A stretch of DNA of 64,000 nt, from the NCBI GenBank assembly GCA_013239625.1, contig MU056050.1, positions 2,900,084 to 2,964,083 of the forward strand. The letters are read 5' to 3'. The translations under genes were made by a program, and so were the position numbers. Positions 12,668 to 23,600 of the stretch are shown piece by piece; within the stretch, counting starts at the first letter, position 1; each line of letters starts with the position of its first letter. The notes under the pieces were generated by a model. It was given only the letters and a program-made list of their open reading frames with translations. It was not told the origin of the DNA and searched no databases. This DNA comes from Lama guanicoe. Its lineage: Eukaryota.

Positions 12668-13029
12668 TATTACAGACAGAATTCTGTCCCCCTAAATTCA
12701 CATATTGAAGTCCTAACAGCTAATGTGACTGTATTTGGAGATAGGGCCTTTAAAGAGGGAATAAAAGTTAAATGAGGTCATAGGGATGGGGCTCTCATGT
12801 CCTTACAAGGAGACACCAGGAATATGTACACATAGAGAAAAGCTCATGTGGGGACACAGTAAGAAGGTGATCGTCTGCAAGCCAAGGAGACAGGTGTTAG
12901 GATACACCAAACCTGCCGACACCTTGATATTGAACTTCATGCCTCCAGAACTATGAGAATATCAGTTTCTCTTGTTAAAGCCACCCAGTCTGTGGTGTTT
13001 TGTTAAGGTAGCCCTAGCGGACTCATACA
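12668..13029 (+). mobile_element. MLT1A/B-like MaLR solo LTR within an L2 fragment (~12205-13310)
   Basis: 'gtgactgtatttggagatagggcctttaaagag...aaatgaggtcatagg' and 'gccacccagtctgtggtgttttgttaaggtagccctagcggactcataca'. Confidence 0.8.
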
Positions 13030-13323
13030 CGAGGTAGTGGAGGGATGCACTTGGCCAGCTTTATTGTGATGGCTGAGGGAAGCTGCTGAAGGGCTTTAAG
13101 TAGGGATGTGACATAGTCAAACTTGGGTTCTAGAGGCATCACGTTGTCTGCTGTTGAGACCCTGTTGGAGGAAGAGGTGAGATGGGAGGTAGGTCAATGG
13201 TTAGGAGGTCCCCACAGTGATCCAGATGAAGGATGACGATAAGCTGAATTAGGATGGCAACACTGAGGATGGAGAGAAGTAGACGAATTTAAGACAGGTT
13301 AAGGAGTTAGAAGCAAAAGGGCT

Positions 13324-13324
<1 letters not shown>

Positions 13325-13354
<30 letters not shown>
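13325..13354. repeat. (GT)15 microsatellite
   Basis: Perfect 30-nt GT run. Confidence 0.95.
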
Positions 13355-13355
<1 letters not shown>

Positions 13356-14248
13356 TGCTGTACCTGTGCCAAGCGCTGTGCCGGGTGTCTTGGGCACTGG
13401 GGACACACAAGCCAAGCAAACACGAACCTACTGTAGTTCCTTTCTCGACACAGGACTTAGCCCAATGCCTACTGTGACATTCCTCGACAGCTACTATTCA
13501 TCACTGGGAACTTCTCAGAGAACTGTGTTACATGCTCACTCTACTCCACCACTCGCTTATTCTGAACTTTATTTCTCTTCCCATAAGCTAGACAAAGACA
13601 GAAGAATCTGCTCCATTCCTGACCAGGATAGTAACAGTAACACAGCTGCTCTTCCTTTTGCCTGGCCTTTGCCCGAGGAAAACTCTGTTTTTCTTGCTGA
13701 ATCTGAAAGTTTGAAAATAACAGATGGATGGTGATCACATTCTGAGGCCCACTATTTCCCTGGTTGGAAGAGGCCTTCCACTCAGTAATGAAGTGAACAG
13801 AGGCCAGTCTGAGATAAGGCCCTCCCTCTGACTGTCTCTTAACTGAAGGCAACTGGTGATGCTGTGAAGAAGATAAAGGTTGTCTTTGACCTCCCCTCTT
13901 GCACCATTTTGAGGCTCTTTGCCCCGGGTCTCTGAGTGTCTCTCCCAAATACCCGGCAGCCTCCTCCCATCCCTGTCTCTACGTGCCCTCAGCTCCACAA
14001 AGTCTGGCCTTCTCGGGTCAGTACCACATGCCTCTGGGCAGCTAGGAATTTGAATGCTAATGGAGTATAAAGCTGAGCTTGTGTTATGCATGTTCTACAG
14101 AGCCTTTCAGGCTGAGGCCATTGGATAAACATTAAACACCAGCTTTAACAGCTCCCAGAACAGTTTGCTGTGATGTGCATCTCAGCACGTCTGTCTGAGG
14201 CCTTTGCATGTCAGTGCCCTGCCACTGAGGGGAAGAGCAGGGAGCTGT

Positions 14249-14370
14249 TGCGCATGCGCTGTGGCTGCTTCCCCCACCACGTGGCCCCACTCTGGACCTC
14301 TCTCCACACTGTCTATCTTATACGGGAGCTCCCAGGAAGTAAGGGGCCCGGCTGAGGAAGAGGAAACGAA
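14249..14370. promoter_or_regulatory. Candidate regulatory motif cluster (NRF1, E-box, ETS)
   Basis: TGCGCATGCGC 14249-14259, CCACGTGG 14277-14284, CAGGAAGT 14333-14340, GAGGAAGAGGAAACGAA 14354-14370. Motif presence only. Confidence 0.35.
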
Positions 14371-16974
14371 TTTATTTCAGTACAACACTCCTATTTTGAT
14401 GGAGTCTGAAGTCAGTGACCCAGAAAACCAAAGCTGGCAGAAGTGACGTTCTAATTATCCCCACTCTGGGAGCTGAGGCCAGGGACGGCACACACCTGGC
14501 AGAAGTCAGAGAAGGACATGTTTTGGACTCTGTTCTCGCCTGTCAAGGCTGCCTCTGAGATAAAGATAAAGGCTACTAGTCGGAAGATGAGCTGTTGAAT
14601 TCTCCAATTTGCCCAGCCTGATTTAAGTCAATACTATTGGTGTCATGTTTATTAGATTTAATATTGCCTCAAAAATACACCAACTGTTCTGTCTGTTTGT
14701 TTTCTTTTCCATCAAATAAGTCACCCTCTGGCAGTTTCCTGTGACTAAAGTGGCCTTTGTGCTTCAGAGACACTTTCTGTACCAGCCACACAGAATCCCT
14801 TTAATTCCCATTTGATTTGGCTGGGCAGCTTGTCTATGGAATCTGCTCGGATGAAAGACGTGTGGTTACTTAGTAGTCTAGGGTCTGTCTTTTCAGAAAC
14901 TGGACCTTTTCACCTCTCTTAGGTTGTTAGTTCCTTTTATATCCTTCTCATGTTACATACTCTTGTTTCCAGGTAATTTTTCCAGGAACTGGTGCTTTAT
15001 ACCAAGGCATTTCCATAACACACACCCTAACTCACAGAATGGAGTCTTTGCGCTGATTCTGGCAGTCACAATTAGCATCTATTAGTTGCAGAGAGACCCC
15101 AGAATTACCTACTATTGAGACAGGGCTGAGGTTAACCCTTGAGGGCTGCTGGCATTTGTCCAAGTAGCTTGTGAGGAGAAATAAACCTTTCTTTTGGAGG
15201 CGGGGGGAGCAGAAAAAATATAGGAGCAGCAGTGAGACTCTGAAATCTCTGTGTAGTGACCCGGCCTACAGGCAAACCATTTGGCCTAATTTGTGGTCGT
15301 TGCCCCACCTTGTAAAAATACATGAATTTGTTTGAAATGTCAAAATGTATTTAAGCTAAACTAGCATTAAAGGTCGCTGGTGTAGCTGCCAGCTGGTGGA
15401 ATGTGCCCATCTCCCAGCAACCTTCCCTGAGAAATAACCCTGAGCAGAAAGGAGCTCTTGTTCTGGATGTCAAGGCTTGACAGCACCATGTCTTCCTCTG
15501 CTAATTGCAAATTTGCCTTGAAGGCACTTGACTCTCAGGTCAGCCAGTCCCACCGTGGGTTTAAAGAGCCAGCTAATTCTGACCTAAGTAGTAGTTTATG
15601 AAGCAGCAGAATCCTCTAGGGGAAAAATTCATGTGGAAAAGCAATATATGAGGCCTTGATTAGACTAAACTAGAAAATTTCTCAGTTATGAACTTAATCC
15701 CACCCTGCGGACACAGACCATAACTTGTAAACTGAGGCTCTCCTTAACAGTCTGAAGGCTGGTTCCTTCCCATGTAACCCTAGGCAAATGAGGCATCATC
15801 TATGAGTCTCTGGTTTCTTCATCGGCATCAAGGGAAAGAGGCTAACAATAGTCTATCCAGCGTTTAGAGATATTGCGTGAATTAATTGAGAAAGTGATAT
15901 AAGGTACTCAACCCAGTGCCTGGACAAAGTAAGGGATAGTAAATGGTACTAACATTAATAATGGTTTCAAAGTCATAGCTCTTTAGCGCTAGAAGGAATC
16001 TAGCTCAGTTACCATCCAATACAGCTCCCTTTTAGCTCTGTTTCCCAGACTTCAGTCGTCCACATAACATATTTGTGAATTTTGCCTTACTCGTACACCA
16101 CTTGTACTATTATTGACTTAATAGTTTTTAAAAACTGACCTACTTTTTAAGCAGAAATAGGTGCTGCCCCTTCCTTTGAACTGGTCCTAATCAATAATGT
16201 TCATAAAATTACAGGCCTACTCACCTGAGCCTTTAATAAAAGTAACTACTGTTTATTGAGTGCTTCCTACATGTCAGGCTCTTTACATGGATTATTATTT
16301 TGTATGCTCAGAGCAATCACTTGGGAAAGAATATCAATATTCCCATTTTCAGATATCCGCTCTTAGCCTCTATGCCATCTGATTTCTCGCCTAGAAGAGT
16401 ACACACATTTCCTCATGCTCTCCTCTGAAGCCTGGCCTCCCCTTTACCTTGTTTGAATCAACTTAAAGGTTGATTTCAACCTTCTTTCTGGCTGAGAAAG
16501 TCAAAGCTCACTAGGAGTTAAGTGACCTGTCTTTCTCTTTGTCATCTGTTATCTTTCAGTTCAATGCTTTGGGGGTGCCTATTCTGTGCCAGACACTATT
16601 ACGAAGGTAAATAAACTAGGTCCCTCCCCTTGATTAGTTTACAGTTAAGCGAGGGAAGGCAGATACAGAAACAAGTCATTTCAATATAATGTGGTTAAGT
16701 GTCACAAGAGAAACAAGCTCAGGGGGGCATGGGAACACAAAGGAGGGATTTCAGGGCAATATTCATAGAAGACAAATGTAAACTTAATCTTGAAGGATGA
16801 AGCAAATGAACTAAGAAAAAGTAAAGTGGGAAGAGTGATCTCCGTCGAGGGAAAAGAATAAACAAAAGCAGAGAAGCATGAAACCATATGGGAGAGGGGG
16901 GAGCTCCCAGGTCTGGGATTGCTGGAGCATATAGCAGTGGTGGTAAATGAAGTTTAAATGGACTAGGGACTAGG

Positions 16975-17138
16975 TTTAAGTTTCTCCACTGAGGCGCTAG
17001 GTCATTTGGGGCCAGATAATTCTTTGTTGTGGGGGCTGTCAGGTGTAGCTCCTCTCCCTGAGTTGTGACAACCAAAAATGTCTCCAGGCATTGCCAAGTG
17101 TCCCCTGTGGGGAAAACTATCCCTTGTTGAGAACCACG
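16975..17138. mobile_element. MER20 (hAT-Charlie) inside an L2 fragment (~16555-17340)
   Basis: 'ggggccagataattctttgttgtgggggctgtc...gttgtgacaaccaaaaatgtctccaggcattgccaagtgtcccctg...ttgagaaccac'. Confidence 0.85.
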
Positions 17139-17544
17139 GAACTAAGTCATGAAGGGCTGTGTTTGCTGAGGACTTTAGATTTGAACTGTGGGTGCTGAGG
17201 AGTCAATGAAGCTCTTTAAAGCCGAGGGTTGACATGGTCAGACTAGCGCTTTAGTCAGATCACTCAGGCTGCAGTTTGGGGGGCAAGTTGGAGGGAGACC
17301 AGACTGATGCAGGAGATCCAATTTGGAGGCCAGCTATTAACCAGCACATTCACGCATTAATATAGCCTTCCATCCGAGCATCTTACAAGTATCCAAGTGC
17401 TGATTCAGACAGACATGGTCTCTGCCTTCGCAGTGCTTTGAGTCTGGAACACTGTTTCTCATATGTTTTTGGATTTACAAAGCCCTTTGGGAACCTGATG
17501 GAAGTTGTATACTCTCTCCCTAGAAAAAGGCTCGGGTGTGACAG

Positions 17545-17790
17545 CAGGCAGTGGTTAGACGCTCAGGCTCTGGAGTTAAGACATCCTGGGTTCAAAATTC
17601 TGTCTGTTATTTGCTAGCTCTGTGACTTTGGAGCAAATCAGTTAACCTCTCTGAGCGTCAGTTTCCTCATCTAGAAACTGGGTATAGTAATAAATCTTTG
17701 CAAAACATTTTTATAGGAATTACAGGGAAAAAAATTGACACAAAGCACTTAGCACAGTGCCTGGTACACAGAAAGAGCTCTAAAAAGGTT
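17545..17790 (+). mobile_element. MIR SINE
   Basis: 'ctgggttcaaaattctg...gttaacctctctgagcgtcagtttcctcatctagaaactggg...gcacttagcacagtgcctggtacacag'. Confidence 0.8.
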
Positions 17791-18802
17791 ATTTTCTTTT
17801 TTATTATAGAACACGCCTATATTTCTTCTCATTCCTGTCTAACCAGGGCAATGTGCTCTTTCTTGGCTAGCTCAGGTGCGCGTTAGTGTGGTCATACAAT
17901 CATGCTATTTCAAGGTTTCCTCTCTTTCTCTGTTATCAGCCATTTCTTCTTTGTTTACATTGCTTGAGAATTCTTTCAAGCCATGTGTCCTCCAAGAAAC
18001 ATTTGGCTTCTGTTGGGATATGTTATTTCACCTACATTTGTCAGCCAATTTCATGGCTAATATTTTAGCTTATTACTTGGATTCCCCACTGTTATTTGTA
18101 ACAGTGCTCTTGGTACAGCTCCAAGTGTAGAACATGTTACTTTCACTATTTTCCTTCTTCTGTCAGTAAATGTCTCTTTATCCCATTTTGGGTACTACGC
18201 TTGGTACTCGGGAGCCAGCTCTAACCGAGACAGACTGGGTCCTGCCCTCATGAAGCTTCCAATCTTTGGCTGACTTCATTTCCTTCATTTTCCAGTAGGT
18301 ACAAGGGGTTGCTAGTGGCATAAAGCAGTACACTATTTTCGTTCCATTCCATTCATCTTAAGAAATTAACTTTCATGAAAGAGCCTCAAAAACATGTCAT
18401 GATTGTTACCGTATTTTGCAACTGTTACCAAGTGCTAATAACTTCTTTTCTCAAAGTTCAACTGTGCTGACGAAACCAGCTGTTTCCCCCAAAGCCCTGT
18501 CTCCCTATCCTAAACAGGACCCTTCTAATCTCCCTCCTTTATGACATTTCCAGCCTTGTGCCTCATTTGAAAAACGACTGTTAGATTTTGATCTCTGAGG
18601 CCTCTTCAGTAGGAATTTCCAAGAAGCTTATGATTATCTCTTCTGTAGCACACCAACCCTGGGGAAGGTACAGTGACGGACGGGACGCATGCTCTCTGCC
18701 AGGTGTTCTGCCAGCTCCATGTTAGATTTCCCCATGCTTCTAAAAGTTGACAACTCCAGATTGTTAGCATCACTTTTTGTCAGTTTTCAAATGGCCTTCT
18801 CA

Positions 18803-19489
18803 TTTCTTGACACGGATACTGTCTGAGCTTCTTCAAATTTATAAAAAAGGGGAAAAATGTCTGAAGAAAGTTTGGTTTTCTGCAATTGGAAAGCATGATG
18901 ACACCTTTGAGAGTGATGGCCCTATTGATCTTGCTTTTAAAAAGTGGAAATTATTAGAAGATGAAATACACCAGGACTACACGGACTTGTCAACCTGCAA
19001 ATTATTTCCCATTATCTTAGATTCACATTCTTGTGTTTCTCTGAATAACGGCTGTAGAGTTTGAGGACTTTCTCAACCTCTGGTCAAGTGTATCAGCAGT
19101 CCATGGCCGCCCAATCAGGAAAACTGACACTTATATTCATTGCAGATGAACAACCAGGATCAATCTTATCAAGAATTACAACTGGACTCATCTTTAGGAT
19201 CATTCTGTGGCAGAGCCTATAGGTTAAATCACATTTACCCCAATGTTTCAAAAACATTTTGGAAGCTGAGGAAACAAAGCAAAGCAAAGCAAGACAAAAC
19301 AAATCAAAACAAAACGCCTACAGCAGACGTGGTATATTTCATCTTATAATAATTTCCACTACTTAAAAGAAGGTCAATAGGGGCATCACCCTCAAAGGCA
19401 TTGTCGTGCTTTCCAACTGCCAAAATCCAAACTTTCTCTAGATGGCTTTTACACATTTGAAGCAGCTCAGGCAGCATCGGGGTCAAAAA
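18803..19489. repeat. Diverged inverted repeat (arms ~18803-18973 and ~19330-19489; spacer ~356 nt)
   Basis: Manual alignment of arm 1 to the reverse complement of arm 2 gives ~33/40 and ~95/114 matches in two blocks separated by a ~10-nt indel. Confidence 0.9.
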
Positions 19490-19521
19490 CAAAATGTTGA
19501 ATTTGTGGTTACTAAGATGCC

Positions 19522-20045
19522 TGTGGCAGAGACTACTAGTTCGGGGCCTACCCTATCATCCACTCACTTTTTCCTCCTTAGTAATATATCCTAATTTTAA
19601 AATTTGGGCAGATTGCTGTCTAGAATAGAAGACACCCCTGCCTTACTTGCAATTACCTGTTGCCATGTGATGAAGTTCAAGGCAATATGATGTAAGAGGA
19701 AGTGTGGGAGTAGCTACGTTTTTAAACTGATGCTTTGAAAGGCTGCTTATGAAGAGCTGACCCAACTGGAAGGAGCCTCTTTTTGCCCTTCTTCCAGTAT
19801 GCAAGATGGATACAAGTGGTGGGAGTTTTGACCGATGTCTTAGAGAATGAGGTGGCCATGAAAATGGAAGTTCTGTGCTAGGATGGCAGGGCAGAATTAT
19901 AGGAGCCTGGATCCCAGATGACCTCATGGAACTGCCAAGCCAGTCCTGGACTATACATCTAGTCTGGCTGCTATCTTGCTTATGCCACTGTTTTGTTAGG
20001 GGGAGAGGGGCTGGTTTCTGGTATTCTCAGCTGAACCTAATCACA
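19522..20045 (+). mobile_element. Old MLT1 (J/H-like) MaLR LTR
   Basis: Starts 'tgtggcagagactactag'; contains 'ggagcctggatcccagatgacctcatggaactgcc'; ends 'cagctgaacctaatcaca'. Confidence 0.65.
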
Positions 20046-20864
20046 GTGAAGAAAATGCTTTGTTAGGCTTTGTTCTTGATTGGTGCTACTGACTACAATA
20101 CTATTATGGTCAAACTGGTCTAACAAATTTCTCGGTTTATATCTCTGGATAGATCACCAGTGTTTGCAAAAAAAAATTAAATTAAATTGACATAAATTAA
20201 TGTCTGAAAGTGACTGACACATGTGGCGAAGTCCACCAGGGCAGCCCTTTGTTATGAAGATGACTAATTGCTGAAACTTAGTGATTAACCTCAAGCATTC
20301 CTGAATACCCAGCGCTCCTTCTTTGGGTACTTCAAGCTGTTCTTCCAGCTCCATGACTCATTCAGATCCAATGCTTCTCCATTATACTATAAATACTTGT
20401 TTGCCTTCCTTTGTCCACTATTAGGTCTGTGAATCCTCAAGGACAGGAATGAGGTCTCATTCATTTCTGTGTTTCCAGTATCTGCCACTACATTTGGCAA
20501 ATGTTTGCTGAATGAAAACATTACTGCCTCATTGACTGTAACATTTGCAGTCCATGAAAGCATTTTAAAAATTGTAAAACACAAATAAGCTCTACAAAAA
20601 CTACTTTTCATCAACATGTTTGAGTCAGTAAATCTGGGTTTCCAATGACTTATTGAGGTTAGTGGAAGTTAGCATATTTTCTCAATCTTAAGAAGTGTAT
20701 TTCCCACTCCCTCCAAACTTTAAATTTTCTGAAGTGGGGTCATGTCTTATAATCAACACGTATATTTAATGGAGTATCTTGCCTCTTTACCTAAAGTTAT
20801 CAAACTGATGCCATGTCTTAGGATATACATGGTGTCTTAGAACTGAGGAAATACGGTGTTTCCA

Positions 20865-21150
20865 TTTTGGTCCTCGGACTTTGGGAATTCCTGAGACTCT
20901 TTCAAGGAGATCCATGAGGTCACAACTTTTTTTAAAATAATACTATTTGCCTTTTGTACTTTCTCATGAATATACAGTGGAGTTTTCCAGAGGGAGCCTG
21001 AGGCTACCATATCTTTGAGTTTAAAAAAAATTCACACTTTAGATTTCTAATAAGGTAAATATTAATAGATAAAACCCACATACAGAAAAGCTCTTTGAAG
21101 TATCCAACAATTTTTAGGAGTGTAAAGGGGTCCTGATACCAAAAGCTTGA
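20865..21150. mobile_element. Charlie1-family hAT deletion derivative
   Basis: 'ccatgaggtcacaact...tacagtggagttttccaga' and 'gtgtaaaggggtcctgataccaaaagcttgagaa'. Confidence 0.55.
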
Positions 21151-22929
21151 GAATAGGAAAGAAACAGTGAATGAAACCACTGGGTTATGTAAGAGTTTCA
21201 TTCAAGCTCATTTAGAAAAAAAGCACCTATCCCTTCCAAGATGGCTCCAGGGGCCCTCAGCTCGGTCCAAAAGCACACTGACAGAGTAGCTGAACATCTT
21301 TACTTCCTCTAGAGACCCAAGGCCTGTGGGATGCTATAAAAGTTCGCTCTTACAGGCTCCTTCAGAGCAATCAGCACGTATGCACTCTCTCTGAGTCTGC
21401 TGTGTAATTGCCACTACCTCATCTTAATAACAGGCATAATTGCTCTGAGTTTCTGTCACCCTTTCTTGCATCTCCTCTCTGAAGCCTCAATTTTGGAAAC
21501 GGCACTTGTGAATACACAGAATGTTTAACCACTTCCAGTTTTCAATTTACAGTCAAAATCATCTATCAGCAGGAGATAAAGGCCCAGTGTGAAAACTACA
21601 GAATGTCCTTCAGACTCCACAGCTAATTTGTTTGTAAATTTGATTGTTATTGTAAGAAGAACATATTGTACATGATGCTACTTGCCGATTTACTATTTGT
21701 ATCTCTCTGTATCTTGTGTTTTAACATCAGAGTCAAAGAACTTAACCCTTTTAGCACTTCCGTGGGTGGGGAGAGGAACGCAAAAGCCTTACTATTTTTT
21801 TTTTCTTTAAAGTCTCTATTTCAATTTAGTTTTACATGTATTTTTTAAATCCCCACTGTATGCCCAGCCTTGTGGGAGAGACATATACAGAAGGGGACAC
21901 AACCAGAGAACAGTCCGAAGTAACATGAAATCAAATGTGAGGCCAGGTGATGAGACCATGCATTGAGAGAGAATTCCGAGTAAGGAGAAGACCACCGTGG
22001 GTCTTCACGCAGCAAGAGGTGGTGTCCTTGTCCCCCAGAGAGCCAAGGCTTTGACTGTGTACGAGCCAGGGACTTTGAAGATGCCCCTGGAATCATTCTG
22101 TGGGTTTCTTCCTGCTGAGCAGTTGCAGAAACTTGTCTGTTGCAGGTTGTTAATATTATAGTATTGGCTCCACAGGATAGACCAAGCTTCCAATTCCCTT
22201 TGGCACCTAAAGCAATTTACAGGCCAGAAGTATGACTGCACGGCTTTTATGAAATGGTCTGATTTCATTGATCAGCCACTCCGAGATTATGTTTTCATTT
22301 CTGTAGCTACTGCTAACCCTGCTTTCTGGTATAATATTTCAGGAAGGAACTATTAAAAAATTTCACCATGGAGATATTTAGAAGTGGGCAGGGTTCTAAA
22401 GGGGGAGAGAAATATCACAGCTCATGATTGCTCTTCTCCAAAGTTCATTTCAAGTTAGGCTAGAATTCCACAGATTGTGTCTCTTATCTTAACTCTGTAA
22501 TGTTTCCAAATGATAAGGACACTAATCAGAACAGATGGCCTCATGAACATTTCGAGGGAAGATTTAACTGGTCTTATTTTCATTAGGCCTCCAGCGTGCT
22601 TCCGGGTTTTGCCCACTACTTCCCTGTGTGTAATACAAAACAGCATGTACTCAACAGATGGCCCAGCTCAGGCTTCATGCTTCCAGAACTCTGGAGACTG
22701 GCCACCTGACCACTTATCATGTACACAGAATCATTTAAGGAAGCAGGCAGGCTACGGACTTGAGCCTGAACAAAAGTAAAAAATGGTTATGAATATTGAG
22801 TACCCGAGTTTCAACAAGAGGGGAGTCAGAATCACTCTCGCAAAGACATTGAGCAGCCCTGGTTGAAGTCTCCCAATAACAGCTTCTTACGGATTCAGTA
22901 ATGATGAAATCCTCTGTGGCAAACCGTCC

Positions 22930-23600
22930 ACTCTAATTAATGTCTCATCCAAACTGTAAGCGTGTCTGAGTGACTCCAGCAGCAACAATGACATGGAAAT
23001 CTAACGCTTCCGTGCACAGTGTGCTGGTTAGTGAGCTGTTGTCTCACAGCTCCCGACTCACCCCTTTAAAGACATTGCTTTGTGATGCTGGGGTTGGGAC
23101 TCTGCAAACTACATTTCTTTTTTCGCCAGTTGGATTTTTGATCGATTCTGACACTGTGGGAAATAAAGGGATTCTGGGAGGCTGGGGAGGGAGAAGGGAC
23201 TCGCTCCTTCCTGCTTGCTTTCTGTTCCAGTCAGTATCGCCAGAACAGGCGCCTTCATCCTGGCAGCGGTAGCTGGCTGCACTTTCCGGCTCCTTTCCAT
23301 ACTTGGAGACAGTCTCATCACGCGCCCTCAGAGGGACCAGAAGCAGCCTGACTGGCATCCTCTTCTCAGAGGAGTAGGTCTCACTTCGATGGAACAAATC
23401 TTCCATCTTTCTAGGTTCTGACAACTCCGACCCCTTTCCTTTGTTTTCCTAGCCCTAGAGGTGGTGGCTGCTTCCTGCAGGTATTCTCTCTCTTTTTTAG
23501 CCACCCTCTAACACCTGTGCACCCCATTCCCTATATTAAGTCCTCTCTGTTAAAATAACTAATGTGGTTTCTCTTTTTCTAAACAGATCTTAACTGATAT
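22930..23600 (+). mobile_element. Old ERVL-type LTR (LTR33/LTR41-like)
   Basis: 3' end 'gccctagaggtggtggctgcttcctgc...ccctatattaagtcctctctgttaaaataactaatgtggtttctc...taactgata'. Confidence 0.45.

Noticed and set aside
13327..14091. 135-aa and 118-aa ORFs
   Set aside because: One starts in the GT microsatellite; no recognisable protein or exon structure.
16219..16227. Perfect minus-strand donors CAG|GTGAGT (here) and AAG|GTAAGT (~59812-59820) as cryptic exon or recursive splice sites
   Set aside because: No strong adjacent polypyrimidine-AG acceptor; such 9-mers are expected by chance in 50 kb of intron.
18777..19492. Pair of similar ORFs on opposite strands (95 aa +, 62 aa -) as duplicated small genes
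   Set aside because: The similarity follows from the DNA inverted repeat. A 1-nt indel breaks the frame correspondence, starts are non-ATG, and I recognise no domain.
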